Origin: Candidatus Calditenuaceae archaeon
GTDB taxonomy: Archaea; Thermoproteota; Nitrososphaeria_A; Caldarchaeales; Calditenuaceae
Length of the DNA stretch: 64,000 bases
Assembly: GCA_025058055.1 (NCBI GenBank)
Contig: JANXEU010000012.1
Span: 5,095 to 69,094 of the forward strand
Direction of reading: 5' to 3'
Part shown: positions 62,800 to 64,000 of the stretch, piece after piece
How positions within the stretch are numbered: the stretch's first letter is position 1
How the letters are laid out: every line of letters starts with the position of its first letter
Notes under the pieces: model-generated
What the model was told of the DNA's origin: nothing
Seen by the model: only the letters and a program-made list of their open reading frames with translations
Database searches by the model: none
Translations under genes and position numbers: made by a program

Positions 62800-63579
62800 A
62801 TGGGTAAGCTAAAACCTATTCAGATTTCCGAGAGAGAGCTAGAACAGTACGTCATAGAGAACCCGGGAGATTTAGAGGAGGGTTTTAGAGTGCTGTACAC
62901 TCAGTGGCCGACTGACAGCGGGCCGCTAGATATTCTCGGGGTGGACGAAGACGGTGTTCTGGTAGTCGTGGAGTTGAAAGCTAGGGAAGATGATGGACAA
63001 TTACTCCAAGGTCTGAGATATTATGATTATGTTACATCCAACGTAGCTAGCATAGCGAAACATGTATCAAGCGAAGGAACTTCAGTGTTGGATGACGAGC
63101 CAAGGCTCATGTTGATAGCTCCTTCCTTCTCCCAGACGTTGAAAAGAATATGCAAATATGTTGATGTTGATTTGGAGTTAAAGATTTACAAGTCATACAA
63201 GCTACCTTCGGGAGAGATAGATGTTGTTTTTGAAAGCATTGAGATAGAGGAGAGGGAAGAGGTCAAAGTTCCTCCGTCTCTGGAGGATAAGTTGAACAGG
63301 ATACAGAACGATGAGATGAGAAAGCTGGCTCAGAGGTTTTTGAACGATTTAGAGATATTGGGCTTTGAAATGAAGATGGTTCACGATGAATGGATAAGCT
63401 TGAAACACGGTGGGAAAAGGATAGCGACCATGGGATGTATGAAGAAATTTTTTGTCATTGAAACACAGACGGAAGGAGGCTGGAAAAGATATAGAATTCA
63501 GTCACAAAATGAATACAATAAGTTGTTTGAGTTGCTGAAGGCCAAAGCTATTTCATCGAAGATGAACCAAGAACAATGA
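62800..63579 (+). CDS. PD-(D/E)xK nuclease-fold protein (NucS/DUF91-like N-domain) in a low-GC islet
   Basis: PLDILGVDEDGVLVVVELKAREDDGQLLQGLRYYDY fits the D...E-x-K core. Composition is clearly more AT-rich than the rest of the window. Confidence 0.5.
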   Translation: MGKLKPIQISERELEQYVIENPGDLEEGFRVLYTQWPTDSGPLDILGVDEDGVLVVVELKAREDDGQLLQGLRYYDYVTSNVASIAKHVSSEGTSVLDDEPRLMLIAPSFSQTLKRICKYVDVDLELKIYKSYKLPSGEIDVVFESIEIEEREEVKVPPSLEDKLNRIQNDEMRKLAQRFLNDLEILGFEMKMVHDEWISLKHGGKRIATMGCMKKFFVIETQTEGGWKRYRIQSQNEYNKLFELLKAKAISSKMNQEQ

Positions 63580-64000
63580 CATTCACCTTGAGGATGTGCC
63601 TTATTCTCCGTTTCATTGCCTGATCAGTTTGCGTGCCTAGTTAACGTCGACTGGTAATGAAGAAAGGTTTGGATGTTATTGTTGACAGTCTACTCTCCGC
63701 TTTGCTGCTGCCATGCAGTCCAGATGACGAGTTGCACGTACTACTCGTCGTCAATTCATTTTATGCAGCAGGAGTTCGCAAGCGAACCCGGTCGGCGTCT
63801 CATTATATTTTCTGATCCTCCTCTCTAATCCATGTTTTTGTCCGTAGACCACGGCAGTCAAGATTCTTAACTGTAGAGCCTTTAACCTAGCTATAAGGGT
63901 CTAGCAGTGTTTAAATCCTTTGTAGGTCATTTGGTTGCTGTGACCGAATGGGTGCCATCCTGGCTGGGTCGGCAGTACGGCCTGCTGCTGAGCCGCTTCT

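Noticed and set aside
63580-64000. About 420 nt after the nuclease gene with small palindromes (GACGAGT...ACTCGTC; GTTCGC-AA-GCGAAC)
   Set aside because: There is no ORF of 60 codons or more, and I could not recognise gene fragments by eye. The hairpins are short and unremarkable, and the window ends here. It is noted only as part of the islet.

Overview
GC-rich archaeal chromosome segment. Archaeal hallmarks: rpl21e-rpoF-DUF655 cluster, AglB/STT3, archaeal-type PEP carboxylase, proteasome beta subunit, Nep1, Thi4, a free-standing 5S rRNA, and intron-containing tRNAs. The multi-intron tRNA-Leu, the EndA gene and the unlinked 5S rRNA suggest a Thermoproteota (crenarchaeal, Thermofilum/Thermoproteales-like) host; this is inference only. 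Most of the window is tightly packed housekeeping and metabolic genes: ETF/FixABCX, SMC-ScpAB, argF/argC, hisC, nadE, ppcA, uppS, a polyprenyl synthase, LUD/Lut-like genes, and a Fur-Mn catalase pair. Many long ORFs antisense to these genes look like GC-driven artefacts. Three regions stand out. (1) At about 31.2-37.4 kb there is a compact accessory cluster. It has an intact terminase-large-subunit-like ATPase/nuclease translationally coupled to an ABC-ATPase/GNAT fusion, two upstream small genes, ribbon-helix-helix genes, and a divergent five-gene operon of small membrane, zinc-ribbon and connector-like proteins. No capsid, portal, protease or integrase is recognisable. This is the best candidate for an undescribed system. 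(2) At 61.7-63.9 kb a tRNA-Leu(UAA) appears to carry three introns. It is followed by a lower-GC islet with an att-like partial tRNA repeat, a VapB plus frameshifted VapC pair, and a PD-(D/E)xK nuclease. (3) At 3.54-3.96 kb there is an ORF-poor stretch of about 430 nt with strong hairpins next to an intron-containing tRNA-Glu; it is probably a structured ncRNA of unknown class. No CRISPR array was seen. All functional calls come from motif and family recognition by eye and need profile or structure searches to confirm.
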